From Candidatus Woesearchaeota archaeon (GTDB lineage Archaea; Nanobdellota; Nanobdellia; Woesearchaeales; JABGUJ01): a stretch of 64,000 nucleotides of DNA. Positions 1-14,000 of the stretch are shown here, in pieces; position 1 is the stretch's first letter, and every line of letters starts with the position of its first letter. A model generated the notes under the pieces. It saw nothing but the letters and a program-made list of their open reading frames with translations. It was not told the origin of the DNA and ran no database searches. Both the position numbers and the translations under genes were made by a program. The DNA is taken from NCBI GenBank assembly GCA_018646625.1, contig JABGUJ010000003.1, positions 1 through 64,000 of the forward strand. Direction: 5' to 3'.

Positions 1-313
<313 letters not shown>

Positions 314-373
314 ATTTTTTTTATCACTTTATTCAATACGTGTTTACCAATATTTTTTTTACTTTCACACGAT

Positions 374-480
374 GGGCCTGTAGCTCAGTCTGGTAGAGCA
401 TCGCCCTTGCAAGGCGGGGGCCACGGGTTCGAAAATCGCATCATAATTTATGGTGAGGTCCGAAAGTCCCGTCGGGTCCA
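374..480 (+). tRNA. tRNA-Ala(UGC), intron-containing, in the 16S-23S spacer; CCA not encoded
   Basis: Acceptor GGGCCTG/CGGGTCC with G3:U70, D-arm GCTC/GAGC, anticodon arm TCGCC-CTTGCAA-GGCGG, T-stem ACGGG/CCCGT. Confidence 0.97.
434..466 (+). other. 33-nt tRNA intron at non-canonical position 59/60 (T-loop)
   Basis: TTCG(428-431) pairs with CGAA(461-464), each followed by a 3-nt unpaired segment (AAA, AGT). Cutting after the second nucleotide of each restores the T-loop TTCGAAT. Confidence 0.9.
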
Positions 481-595
481 TCCTTTTATTCATTAAATCA
501 CACTCACATCAATTATTACCCACGAAAGTGGACTCATTCCTTAACGAACGTTGGGAATGGGTGGACGAGATATGATTTGTCCTTCAAATTCATGT

Positions 596-621
596 TGATG
601 ATACCATGCATAAATGGAGTA
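596..621 (+). other. 5' arm of the 23S pre-rRNA processing stem (pairs with 3514-3543)
   Basis: ACCATGCATAAATGGAGTA (603-621) is complementary, with one bulge, to TACTCCATTTATGTCATGGT (3514-3533); TGATGA (596-601) pairs with TCATCA (3538-3543). Confidence 0.85.
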
Positions 622-3513
<2,892 letters not shown>

Positions 3514-3645
3514 TACTCCATTTATGTCATGGTTTTTTCATCATCTTTTTTTTCTTTTTTTAATTTACCATGAGAAGTAGTTTGAACTCTACAGAGTTTC
3601 AACTATCAAAAAAAACATTGTAGTTTATACTTTATTAGAAAAAAA

Positions 3646-4374
3646 TTATCTGACTAAACCTAATACTCGTCCAGCTTCTAACACAGAATCAAATCCGCTA
3701 AGTTCTCCATTAGATCTTGACTTTGCTTTTATGTACGCACTTAGTCTATAAAAAAATCTACCAACAGGAACTAACAAGTGTGCATAATTAGTTCTAAGAA
3801 AATTATGATCAAAAACATCATCCATAGTAGGAGGTTTAGCAAAACCTTCTGCATTCAAAATTATCTCTTGCGCTCTGAATCTATCGACTGCATCCGCATC
3901 CTTTAAAACTCTAAGCTCTGGCGGAATAGAAGGAGCCTCACAATCCTGAGGTACATGCCAAAAATTACAATAAGCAATTGCATCTTTATCAGTACCATTA
4001 GTACCAAAATCGGTGTCCATTACCCACGCAGCAGAACGCTCACCATGTTGATAATCAAAACCTTCACCATGCCTTCGCAAATCATGAGTAACTGCAGACC
4101 ATCTAACAACATCTTGATCTAATGATGCTCCCGCTAATACCTCAAGTCTACTTAACACCTCAGATAAAACAAGAACTCGAGCTTCATGAGGAATTCCATG
4201 AACACCTCGCCTTGATTCTTCACGAGAAAACCATTCACTTCTAGGTTCATATCTTCTCAACAAATCAGCTTCAGGTAAATCACCAGCTAATCTCTCAGTA
4301 ACTGCACCTAAAGAAGATCTCAAAGCACCATAACCTGCTCTAGACCCCATAATCTCTGCATATAAGTCGTCCAT
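3646..4374 (-). CDS. HD-domain metal-dependent phosphohydrolase family protein
   Basis: Motif order HGIPH...THD...HG...H...LKDADAVDRFR is typical of the HD superfamily. Confidence 0.75.
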   Translation of the reverse strand: MDDLYAEIMGSRAGYGALRSSLGAVTERLAGDLPEADLLRRYEPRSEWFSREESRRGVHGIPHEARVLVLSEVLSRLEVLAGASLDQDVVRWSAVTHDLRRHGEGFDYQHGERSAAWVMDTDFGTNGTDKDAIAYCNFWHVPQDCEAPSIPPELRVLKDADAVDRFRAQEIILNAEGFAKPPTMDDVFDHNFLRTNYAHLLVPVGRFFYRLSAYIKAKSRSNGELSGFDSVLEAGRVLGLVR

Positions 4375-4469
4375 CTATAAAATCGCAAAATCTTGATATA
4401 AAAAGGTTTCCCCTAAATTAACACTAGATAAACAAAAAGTTTAAATAACACCACCAACTAGTGACAATT

Positions 4470-4679
4470 ATGAAATACTTACGTTATATTGGAAGAGGAG
4501 TACTAGAAGGATTACATAAAATTGCTGATGCATATGAAAGACATCTAAGCAGAGAGTTTATAAGACAACATAGTGCAGGTCTAGTGAGAATAGAATCAGC
4601 AAACGGAGACCAAAGCTACAGACCAGTTAGAGACAACGAAATTGGTGGAATAAGTGAAAGTTTAGATACACGCCTATAA
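4470..4679 (+). CDS. small hypothetical protein (69 aa)
   Basis: ORF follows a TTTAAATA TATA box at 4440-4447; codon usage matches other + strand genes. Confidence 0.55.
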   Translation: MKYLRYIGRGVLEGLHKIADAYERHLSREFIRQHSAGLVRIESANGDQSYRPVRDNEIGGISESLDTRL

Positions 4680-5768
4680 TCACTCAACTTCTTTTTTATA
4701 TTGTTGAAAACTTAAAACAACATCTTTAGTTTGTCGAAGAGTACTATCAACATCACTCAAATCACAATCAGCACAAAGAACTACGTAATTAACACCTTTA
4801 GTATCTAGATGTTCAATCACACTAGGACCATGATTTCCACCCGAAAATAGAATCCCATTATCGCCTGATTCTAACATATAATCAATCATCTCTCTACTTC
4901 TTCCAGAAATCCACCAATCAAATTCGTCTTTAACATAATCTGCATAATTGTTAAACTCTTTGAAATATAAAACCAAGTCTCGCATAGTTGCACCATCTGG
5001 TAAAACCAGGTCACCTTTTTTCTTAGCTCGCCTATACAATCTAGTTAACTCATCAAATTGAGACTCTTTTTCTCCAGGAAAAACAGTAGTTGCGCTAGCC
5101 AATGCAGTCAGTAGTTTAGCATAACGCATTTGTTTTCTAACAGACTCTTCAGTCTCAGCACCAAAAAAAGTAATATCCTCATGATTTGTTAAAGCTAACA
5201 ACAACGATGTATCCACACCCCTTCCAAATAAAGATGACCTCACAATGCCTGCACGCTTATCGGAAGAAGCATATATAACAGATCTAAAGTCTAAAGAAGG
5301 ATCATGCTCAGACAAAGCAGTCAACATATGACGAAGATTCATATATGGCGCTAAACTTTCAGCATATACTTTATCAAAACCAGCACCCACTAATTGCAAA
5401 CCAGCATCATACAATTTAGCTTGTAAGTTATTAGGATCTTCACTAACCCTTTTTTCGGAATCAAGAGAGTGAGATTCAAGAATCACCGCAACAGTTTTAT
5501 TATTATTCGCATCATACTTTTTTGCTAAAACACTAATACTAGAATCAAAAACAATCGCATCCAAATCAATTGGAGTTGGAGGAACAATCACAGGTTTTGG
5601 TTCCGGCTCAGCAACAACTTGCGCACCAGCAGATGTAACTGCAGGAGAAACAACACTCCTAGGTTCATCATCATTAGAACATTTACAACCCGCAACACCT
5701 AACAAAGCTAACAAAGCTAATGCAGATAATGCTCGATCAAAATAATTTCCAAAAGTCATTAGATGCAC
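4680..5768 (-). CDS. secreted/lipoprotein, possibly EreA/ChaN/TraB-like fold
   Basis: Signal peptide ending LLGVAGC, Pro-rich linker, motifs VILESH, VYAES, RSREMI and SGGNHG; fold assignment tentative. Confidence 0.6.
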   Translation of the reverse strand: MHLMTFGNYFDRALSALALLALLGVAGCKCSNDDEPRSVVSPAVTSAGAQVVAEPEPKPVIVPPTPIDLDAIVFDSSISVLAKKYDANNNKTVAVILESHSLDSEKRVSEDPNNLQAKLYDAGLQLVGAGFDKVYAESLAPYMNLRHMLTALSEHDPSLDFRSVIYASSDKRAGIVRSSLFGRGVDTSLLLALTNHEDITFFGAETEESVRKQMRYAKLLTALASATTVFPGEKESQFDELTRLYRRAKKKGDLVLPDGATMRDLVLYFKEFNNYADYVKDEFDWWISGRSREMIDYMLESGDNGILFSGGNHGPSVIEHLDTKGVNYVVLCADCDLSDVDSTLRQTKDVVLSFQQYKKEVE

Positions 5769-5863
5769 AACAAATCACACATATTTAAAGCTATTTGTTT
5801 AGTCTCTGCCAGGTACTAACTACCGAAAAACTTATAATTAGCGCCCAATTCCTGCGATCTAGC

Positions 5864-6721
5864 ATGGTGAAAATTCTAGTACATCAGTCACTAACCCTGA
5901 CTGAAAAGGGCGAACCTAACCAGTTGGGACTTCAATTAGTTGAAACTCTCGCCGCCAAATATCCAATTAGCGATGAGAAACTATATTCTGATGAAGCATT
6001 CTTAGAAGATATTAGAAGTTCACTAAGAGGCAACAAGCCTGGAATCGTAAGAAAATTAGTAGAATCATGTTGCGGAGAACAGCTTAAAGGAATAAATAGA
6101 TTTCCTGATAAAGAAACAATATTTCTATTATGGGGTTCAGGAGAAGCGCACTGGGTTAGTCCATACATATCACCAAGAAGAATAGAGTATGACAAAGTAG
6201 TATGGGACAGACACTTTGACGATGCAAAGATAAATGAACAATACATAATGATGGGACACATACCTTCAAGAGAAGGAGCATGGTTAACTGCAGAAAGAAG
6301 AGCAAACAAAAATCTAAAACATGCAGAAACAATAAACAGAAAAACCGGAATCTACACAAGATGTAATAAAAAAATACATGTCTCTGTAGACCTTGATATA
6401 GTCTCAGGATTTCCAGCACTCCCATGTTGGCAACACGACAAAGCACAAGATGGATACAGAGATGTGAGAGGCCTAACATTAGATCAAACAGTAGCACAAA
6501 TATTATCAGCAATAGACGACAACACAATAAGAAGATTCGACATTGGCGGATTGCATTTACCAAGAGATGAAGAACTAAAAGATTATAAAAAACCAGGGAT
6601 CTTCGATCCAAGAGATCCAGAAGCATTCAGATTCGCAGTAGAATGTTATGATAGAATATTAGACATAGCATATAGAAAAGCAATGAAGCAAGAAGGAGAA
6701 ACTGTTAATTTTGATACTTAG
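5864..6721 (+). CDS. arginase/ureohydrolase-fold metalloprotein
   Basis: Metal-ligand motifs GSGEAH, WDRHFD and SVDLD; ATG at 5864 lies ~26 nt after a TATA-like CTTATAAT. Confidence 0.7.
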   Translation: MVKILVHQSLTLTEKGEPNQLGLQLVETLAAKYPISDEKLYSDEAFLEDIRSSLRGNKPGIVRKLVESCCGEQLKGINRFPDKETIFLLWGSGEAHWVSPYISPRRIEYDKVVWDRHFDDAKINEQYIMMGHIPSREGAWLTAERRANKNLKHAETINRKTGIYTRCNKKIHVSVDLDIVSGFPALPCWQHDKAQDGYRDVRGLTLDQTVAQILSAIDDNTIRRFDIGGLHLPRDEELKDYKKPGIFDPRDPEAFRFAVECYDRILDIAYRKAMKQEGETVNFDT

Positions 6722-7115
6722 ATTTGTCTGCCTGGTATCCCGACTCCTCAGAACTGGAATACCCAACAGATTCTTTTGAACTAGTATATTCACTTTTTTC
6801 TTCTTCACCAATTAATTCACCAGCAGTTTTATGCCAACCACACCCACAACAAACTCGCACATTGTTACCTAATGCTTCACCAACATCACCATATTTATCA
6901 CTATGTTTACTCTCAAAATCTTTTGATCTGTCAACACCTTCATCTACTTCTTTCCCCAAACCATCTTTATCTCTATTTTCTTCAACAAACATATCAAAAT
7001 GCTCAGTTTTTTTATGTGCTTTAGCGTGTTCTCTAGCAGCAATCTCAAGTAACTTCTTTCTAAACTCAGGATCTACAATATCATCCACAGAATCCGACAC
7101 TCTTACAAATCTCAT
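6705..7115 (-). CDS. hypothetical acidic protein with a CCGCG motif
   Basis: 136-aa ORF with protein-like composition; the overlapping + strand ORF looks like its shadow. Confidence 0.6.
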   Translation of the reverse strand: MRFVRVSDSVDDIVDPEFRKKLLEIAAREHAKAHKKTEHFDMFVEENRDKDGLGKEVDEGVDRSKDFESKHSDKYGDVGEALGNNVRVCCGCGWHKTAGELIGEEEKSEYTSSKESVGYSSSEESGYQADKSKYQN

Positions 7116-7254
7116 AATAAGCCCTAATAAACAGAGATTAATAATTCTATCGCATAATTCGTCCCAAAACAGAGGTTATAAGCTCTAAACAACGCAATTA
7201 ACTTTATATAGTATTTAACTAAACGATAATTAACAGTGAGTTAGGGGGATTACA

Positions 7255-8049
7255 ATTACACAAGACGGAGCTACAGCAGCGAACGACGAAGACGGTGCAC
7301 AATTATTCAGCCTACCAGGACATTCATTAGGAATCCCCATCCAAGAAGGAGAAGGTAGACTACACATTGGCGTCATTGAGATAGGAAGACAACCATATGG
7401 CAAATGTGGCCAGTTAAGAAGAGGAAGATCAAGCCTAAATGCATACTGGCACAAGGTATTTTATGAACGAAAACAAGTACCTTGGTTTCCAGACATAACC
7501 AGAACTTTAGTACATTTCAGCAGAGAAAGTAGCGTACATGAGTTTGAAGAAACAGATCACTTCACTCCAGAAACTGTAATACATTATCCAAATCTAACTG
7601 AAAGAGTAATTACAGCACTAACAGATTTACAAAAAGAAGATATAGTATCTAGAACAAAGAACGGATCCAGAAAAGAGATAGAAAGAGCAATAGCAGACAC
7701 AGATTTAGCATTACTTGAACATCATTTTTACTTAAAACGTCACCCATACTGGGAAGATGTTGGAGGATACCGCTGGAAGTTATCAGAAGCAATCGCCTTA
7801 AACGATATTTCCGATCACATACCACAGGGAATGATGTTATTCGCAAACATACAACCACATCGCTTTGAATTCAGAGGACAAATGTACGATAGCAAAGAGA
7901 TAGACGGATTATTATTCTACCAAAGAATGCAAGAATATGTTGCACTCATTGACGCACTAGAAACATTACCAGATACTGTTGTTGCACTGAGACCTGATTT
8001 TCAAGAACACATTAAACAACTAGAACCATCTGAACGATACGTTTCATAA
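7255..8049 (+). CDS. hypothetical protein (~264 aa), probable ATT start; the ORF track shows only its last 72 aa
   Basis: Frame is open from 7240 to 8049 with no ATG/GTG/TTG before 7831; TATA TTTATATA at 7203-7210; SD-like AGGGGG at 7243-7248; host-like codon usage throughout. Confidence 0.75.
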   Translation: MTQDGATAANDEDGAQLFSLPGHSLGIPIQEGEGRLHIGVIEIGRQPYGKCGQLRRGRSSLNAYWHKVFYERKQVPWFPDITRTLVHFSRESSVHEFEETDHFTPETVIHYPNLTERVITALTDLQKEDIVSRTKNGSRKEIERAIADTDLALLEHHFYLKRHPYWEDVGGYRWKLSEAIALNDISDHIPQGMMLFANIQPHRFEFRGQMYDSKEIDGLLFYQRMQEYVALIDALETLPDTVVALRPDFQEHIKQLEPSERYVS

Positions 8050-11000
8050 CTATTTCTTCTTAGAAGTTTTTTTCTTAGTTTTCTTTCGAGCAGATTTACG
8101 CTTTGGCTTTTTCACAATTTTCTTCTTGTTTGACTTCGCTCTAATGCTCTTTCTCTCGACAACATAACGTCCAGCATGAGATGAATTATCAAGAACATGA
8201 TACTTCCCAACAAATGTCCTAACAACACCAATCAACTTAGCAACACGATGATGATTACGCAATAAATAACCAAGCAACGTAAGTAATGCAATCAAAGTTA
8301 ATAACAATAACAATACAAACCATCCTATAGACGACTTACAAACACCACCAATCACACTAATTGCAATTAAACCATCATCATTCTTTATATCCAAAGAATC
8401 ATCATACACATCAACATCACCAGGTTCTAAATCTGACGAACCAGATTGAGAAATTTCACCTTCAACTCCAGCAACCAAATCATCAGACGCTGATTTATCA
8501 AGTTTGCACACACCACAATCATTCGGACAATTCGAACAACTCTCATTCACATAATCACTACACAAACCATCTCCACACACTAACCTTCTCTGAGACTTAC
8601 CACTACTACCACTACTAGTATCACTAGAAGCAGCCGGTGAAGAAGGAGCAGCTTGAGTACCTCTAACCGCACTATTCTCTAACCCTTCAATCATAATTGT
8701 AGAACCCAAATCAGTACAAGTAAGATTACCAGTAGTTAGATTAGCACCTAAACAATCTGTAAAGTCAGTTTCATTTGAACCAGCACAGCCAGAACTCATC
8801 GCACTTATTGCAGCAACCTCTTCATCCTTCACACATAAACTAATGAAACTATTATCAGTAATATAAAGAGTTTTATTTGCCTGCAACTGACCAGACATAT
8901 TAATAATCACATAAGTATCAGTAACAATCAGAGTTACATCCCTCAAATCAAGAGTTGAATTTGTAAAATTATGAGTGAAATTAATCACAGCATCAGATTC
9001 ATCATAAAACACAACCTCTCTCAAGCCACCATAAGTACCATTAGTTGCATTGCCATCCACAGTAATGTTCAAATCATCAACACCCGTTGTATTAACATTA
9101 ATTTCAGTACCAATCAGATTATCAACATCATCTTTAATATCATCGTTATCAACATCAGTAAAATTAATCATAATGCTTCTATTCTCCGACCAATTACTAT
9201 TACCTGCAAAGTCTTCGACAAAACAAGCCCAAGTATAATTACCATGTGTTAAAGTTAAGTTCCAAGTAGATTCATTAACTGCACCACCAACTGTCGTTTC
9301 ATTATTCAACCCAAAACTAGTATTAAGAGCATTTGTGATATACAAACTAACATTAGAAAGTTGATAATTATCTTCTACAGAACAATTAAATGTTAAATTA
9401 ACTCTCGGTGCAGAACCATTGTAATAACTGTCCGCAGGACTATTCAAAGTCACATTTGGCGCAACAGTATCCATTAAGAACCTAACAGAATCATTACCAA
9501 AGTTATTCAAACTATCATTACAATATATAGTTAAATTATTCCAACCTTGCAAATTAGATACATTAGTAAAGTTCTGACCAGCACTCACTGCTGAAGAATT
9601 AACAGATCCATTATCATACCAACAACTGTCCAAAGTACCTAGATCAGAAACAGAATAATTAAATTGCGTAACATTAACCAAATACATTGTATTGTTCAAG
9701 GGATAAACAACACTAATTGAAGGAGAAACTGTATCAGTTACATTAACCCACACAGCACCATACGCATCATTACTCGAAGTATCGTTCACACTTATATTCA
9801 GAGTATAAACCCCAGTAACCAGGCCAGTAGCATTACTCAAATAGCCAGAACAATTAATACTAAAGTTACCATCATCAACCGCAAAACAGCTCACAGCATT
9901 GGCATCAGTGGCATTAACATCATAATTGAAAATAGAACCAACTTCAACAGTTTGGTTATCGATAGCAGTAAACACAGGAGCAGTAGTATCAGTTACATTA
10001 ACCCACATCAAACCATAAGCTTCATTATCAGAAGTATCATTAACCGTAACATTTAACCAATACAATCCAACACCCAACAAAGTAGCATTACTCAAGTAAC
10101 CAGAACAATTAATACTAAAGTCAGAATCATTCACAGCAAAGCAACTCACACCTTGTGCATCGGTAGCATTCAAATCATAACCCAAACCAACACCATATTC
10201 AACAGTTTGATTCTCAATCACAGTAATTACCGGAGCAACAGAATCCTCAACAGTTACAGACATAGTATTGGTATTCTCATTCCCATAACTATCATTTATA
10301 GTCACATCCAACCAATAGGTTCCAAGAGACAATCCAGTAGCATTACTCAAGTAACCAGAACAATTAATACTAAAATCAGAATCATTCACTACAAAACAGC
10401 TTACACCATTAACATCTGAAGCATTAATATCATAACTTAATGAAGATCCAACCTCAATTGTTTGATTTCCCATAGCAGTGAAAGCAGGAGCAACAGAATC
10501 TTTAAAGAAAGTTACAAAGTCAGTTCCTTGATTATCATAAGTATCATTACAATACACAGTCCAAGTATTAGAACCTTCAGAACTAGTCAACGAAGTAAAA
10601 TTGACTCCAGCACTAATTAATGAAGAATTAGTACTTCCATTATCTAAACTATACCAACATTTATCCCGAATTTCATCACCACTCACAGAATAATTCAAAA
10701 CAGCAACATTACTTGTATAAGACGTAGTCAAAGGATATAAAACATTAACTGTGACAACTGTACCAGAAACATTCACCCACATCAAGTTAGATGCGGTATT
10801 ACCAAAAGTATCATTCACAGTAACATTGATCCAATGCTGTCCAGAAGATACAAGAGTATTATTTATCAAATAACCAGAGCAATTAATAGCAAAATTAGAA
10901 GTATCATCTACAGAGAAGCAACCAATACCATTCGCATCAGTTGCATTAATATCATATCCTAAAGCAGTTTCATATTCAATAGTAACATTACCTATATCGG

Positions 11001-14000
11001 TAAACGCAGGAACAATAGAATCCAGAGTAAATGACACTGTCGAACTATTAACAGCACCAGCACTATCATTCACCCACACAGTTACATTATGATTGCCCTC
11101 ACCCCAGACCACAGAAGTAATATTAGAACAATTAGTCAAAGTATAATTGCTTTGCATAGTATCATTAGAATACCAACAACTATCTAAGTTAGTATCAGAA
11201 ACATTAAACTCAACATCCAATCCAGAATCAACAACATTCGCACCACCAGACGGAGACACAATACTCAAAGAAGGATTAACAGAATCCAAAATAATTGATC
11301 TAGTAGAAGTATAGTTCAAATTACCAACAGTATCTAGAACTGAAACATTATAATAATACAACCCATCAGACAAAGAACTAAAATTAATAGTCCTAATGCC
11401 TGCCTTTTTAGTTTGAGAACTCAACACATCTTCACTAGAATTATAAAGTGAAAATGTAATATTTGCTTCATTAGCATCACTCGCACTAACATTAACATAT
11501 ATCCAGGACTGTATCCTATAAACACCATCAGCCTCCGCGCCAGATGCATAATCAATAGAAGGCGTAGTTGAATCTATAGTATAATTACGAGTCTCAGTAT
11601 AATTTTTATTAGACAAAGTATCATTCGCACTTGCATTCATGAAATAATCCCCATCCAACAAAGAGCTAAAATTATAAGTTAATGAAGATGATTGAGCAAG
11701 AGTAGAATTTATCAAATCACCACTAGAATTATACAAGTATACAGCAATAGAGTCAAACCTCATGTCAGATGCACTAACATTAGCGTAAACATAATCAACA
11801 GCATAGTCTCCGGATGAAGTTGTATCAGACTCAAACGCAACTAAAGGTGCAGTATCATCTATCTCTAAGCTCAAAGTATTTGAAGAATTACATCTAGTAT
11901 CATCACAAGCAGTCGCATTATAATAATACACACCATCGACTAATGATGTAAAGTTAGCAGAATAAGGATTCTCACCGCCTTCAGAAGTATTCACCAATCC
12001 ACCTGTTGAATTATACAATCTGACAATTAAAGTTGTCACACCACTATCCGAAGAGTTAACTCTCGCATAAACCCAATCCCTCGAATAATTACCAGTATCA
12101 GGACTCATAAAGTTAACATCAGGATATCTCGTATCGTCAACTGCAAATGTAGTTGTAGTTATATTACTATTACCAGCATCATCTTCAGCATACAATGAAA
12201 TAGTATATGTCCCTAAAGCAATTAATTCCACATCAGTCAAATTAACAGTTCCAGATGAAGATGAAGAATTATAAATCACATAGCCACTTGCCAAAGTAAC
12301 ATTCATCACAACATTATTAACATTATTTTCAGCCACACTCCAATTAATCATAACATAATCTTCACCAAACTCTAGACTAGATGCATTTCTCCATACAGAA
12401 ACCAAAGGATTTGTTACATCTAAGAACATCGCCCTAGTCCCAGTTGCACTAACATGACCATAAGAATCATTAGCAGTCGCATTAACATAATAAAGACCTT
12501 CAGAAAGACCAGATACATTCAACGACAACACCCCAGAAGTTGTATTAGTGGTATTAATCAAATCAAGACTTGAATTATAGAAATCCAACACGATAGCATC
12601 CAAATAAAGATCACTGGCAGTCACATTCATAGAAATATAATCTTGCGATAAATTATCCGCAGAAGTTGAAGGAGAAACAAACGAAATCACAGGACTTGTT
12701 CTATCAATTGTAAAGTTGCCTGATTCAGTAATAGCATTTGAAGCATTATCCCTACAAACAACACTAAAGTTATAGAAATCCTCGCCAAAATTAGTAAATG
12801 TATAATCACAGCCAGAACCATTATCACAAATAACTTGCTGCACCACTTGACCAACAGTAACATTACAAAGCAATGATGTAGATATGTTATCACTTACAGT
12901 CCAATTAAATACTACAGAAGAATTATCAATAAATTGTCCAGACTCAGGAGAATATACAACCACCACAGGAGATGTCTGATCTAAAACAAATTGAACAGAA
13001 GTTGAGACAGCATTAGGAACAATATCTCTACCATAAACTGTCAGATTATAATACCCATCATCATTACCATCAACATCAAAACTGTCGTTCCAAATATGTT
13101 CTTCAACAGGACTACCATAAGCTGAAGAATTATACTGTATTGTGGCGCCCGAAGACTCGCTCGTTATATTGTAATATGTATAGTTAAAAGAGTTATCCTG
13201 AACAATAACATTCATTGTAAAGTTCGAGTTATAAAACTTAAGAGCTGACGTAGGTTCAACATACTGCATTACAGGTCTCGCATTATCAAGATTAAATGAA
13301 ACATTATTTGTAGCAACATTACCCAAAGTATCATTTGCATACACAACTAAAAGAATATCCCACGCAACACCAGGATAACCTGAAGAATCCCATAATGAAT
13401 CCCAGTCCGAAGAATCATTCAAAGTACCATTAGCTAACTGTTGACTAGTATCCGTACCATTGTAAACAAAATACCAACCAGAACTAACATTAGACAACGC
13501 ATCCACAATATCCGTAGTCACATAAATTTGATAACCTACAGTCTCGTTATATGCGGGAGACTCAATAGATATCACAGGACCAACCGTATCTACAGTTAAA
13601 GTTCTAGTCTCACTAACATTAGTATTGCCAGCCTCATCAATACAAGATACATACCAAGAGTATTCTCTTCCCGAAAAGTTAGTAGCAGTTACAGTCGTAT
13701 TAACATCAGGCTGAACAGACTCATTCAAAGCTGCCAGCTCATACGTAACAGATGCCTCAACATCCCTATAAACACTACAGTTAGCAGTCGAATCTTCAGT
13801 TAGATTAAATACAAAATCAATTGAAGAAGATCCAGTAATATATTCATCATCAGGAGCATAAAGAGTTATACCAGGCTCATCATTATCTAAATAAATTGTC
13901 CTAGTCTCTGAAAATCCAACATTACCACTCTCATCAACTGCAGAGGATGCATTAAGATAATATACGCCATCGCTTAAATTTGTAAACTCAAGATAAATTT

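Noticed and set aside
3578..3605. Imperfect palindrome after the 23S
   Set aside because: Single short element between convergent transcripts; not 5S-like and no second copy seen.
6724..7188. 154-aa plus-strand ORF
   Set aside because: Ser-rich antisense shadow of the acidic 6705-7115 gene.
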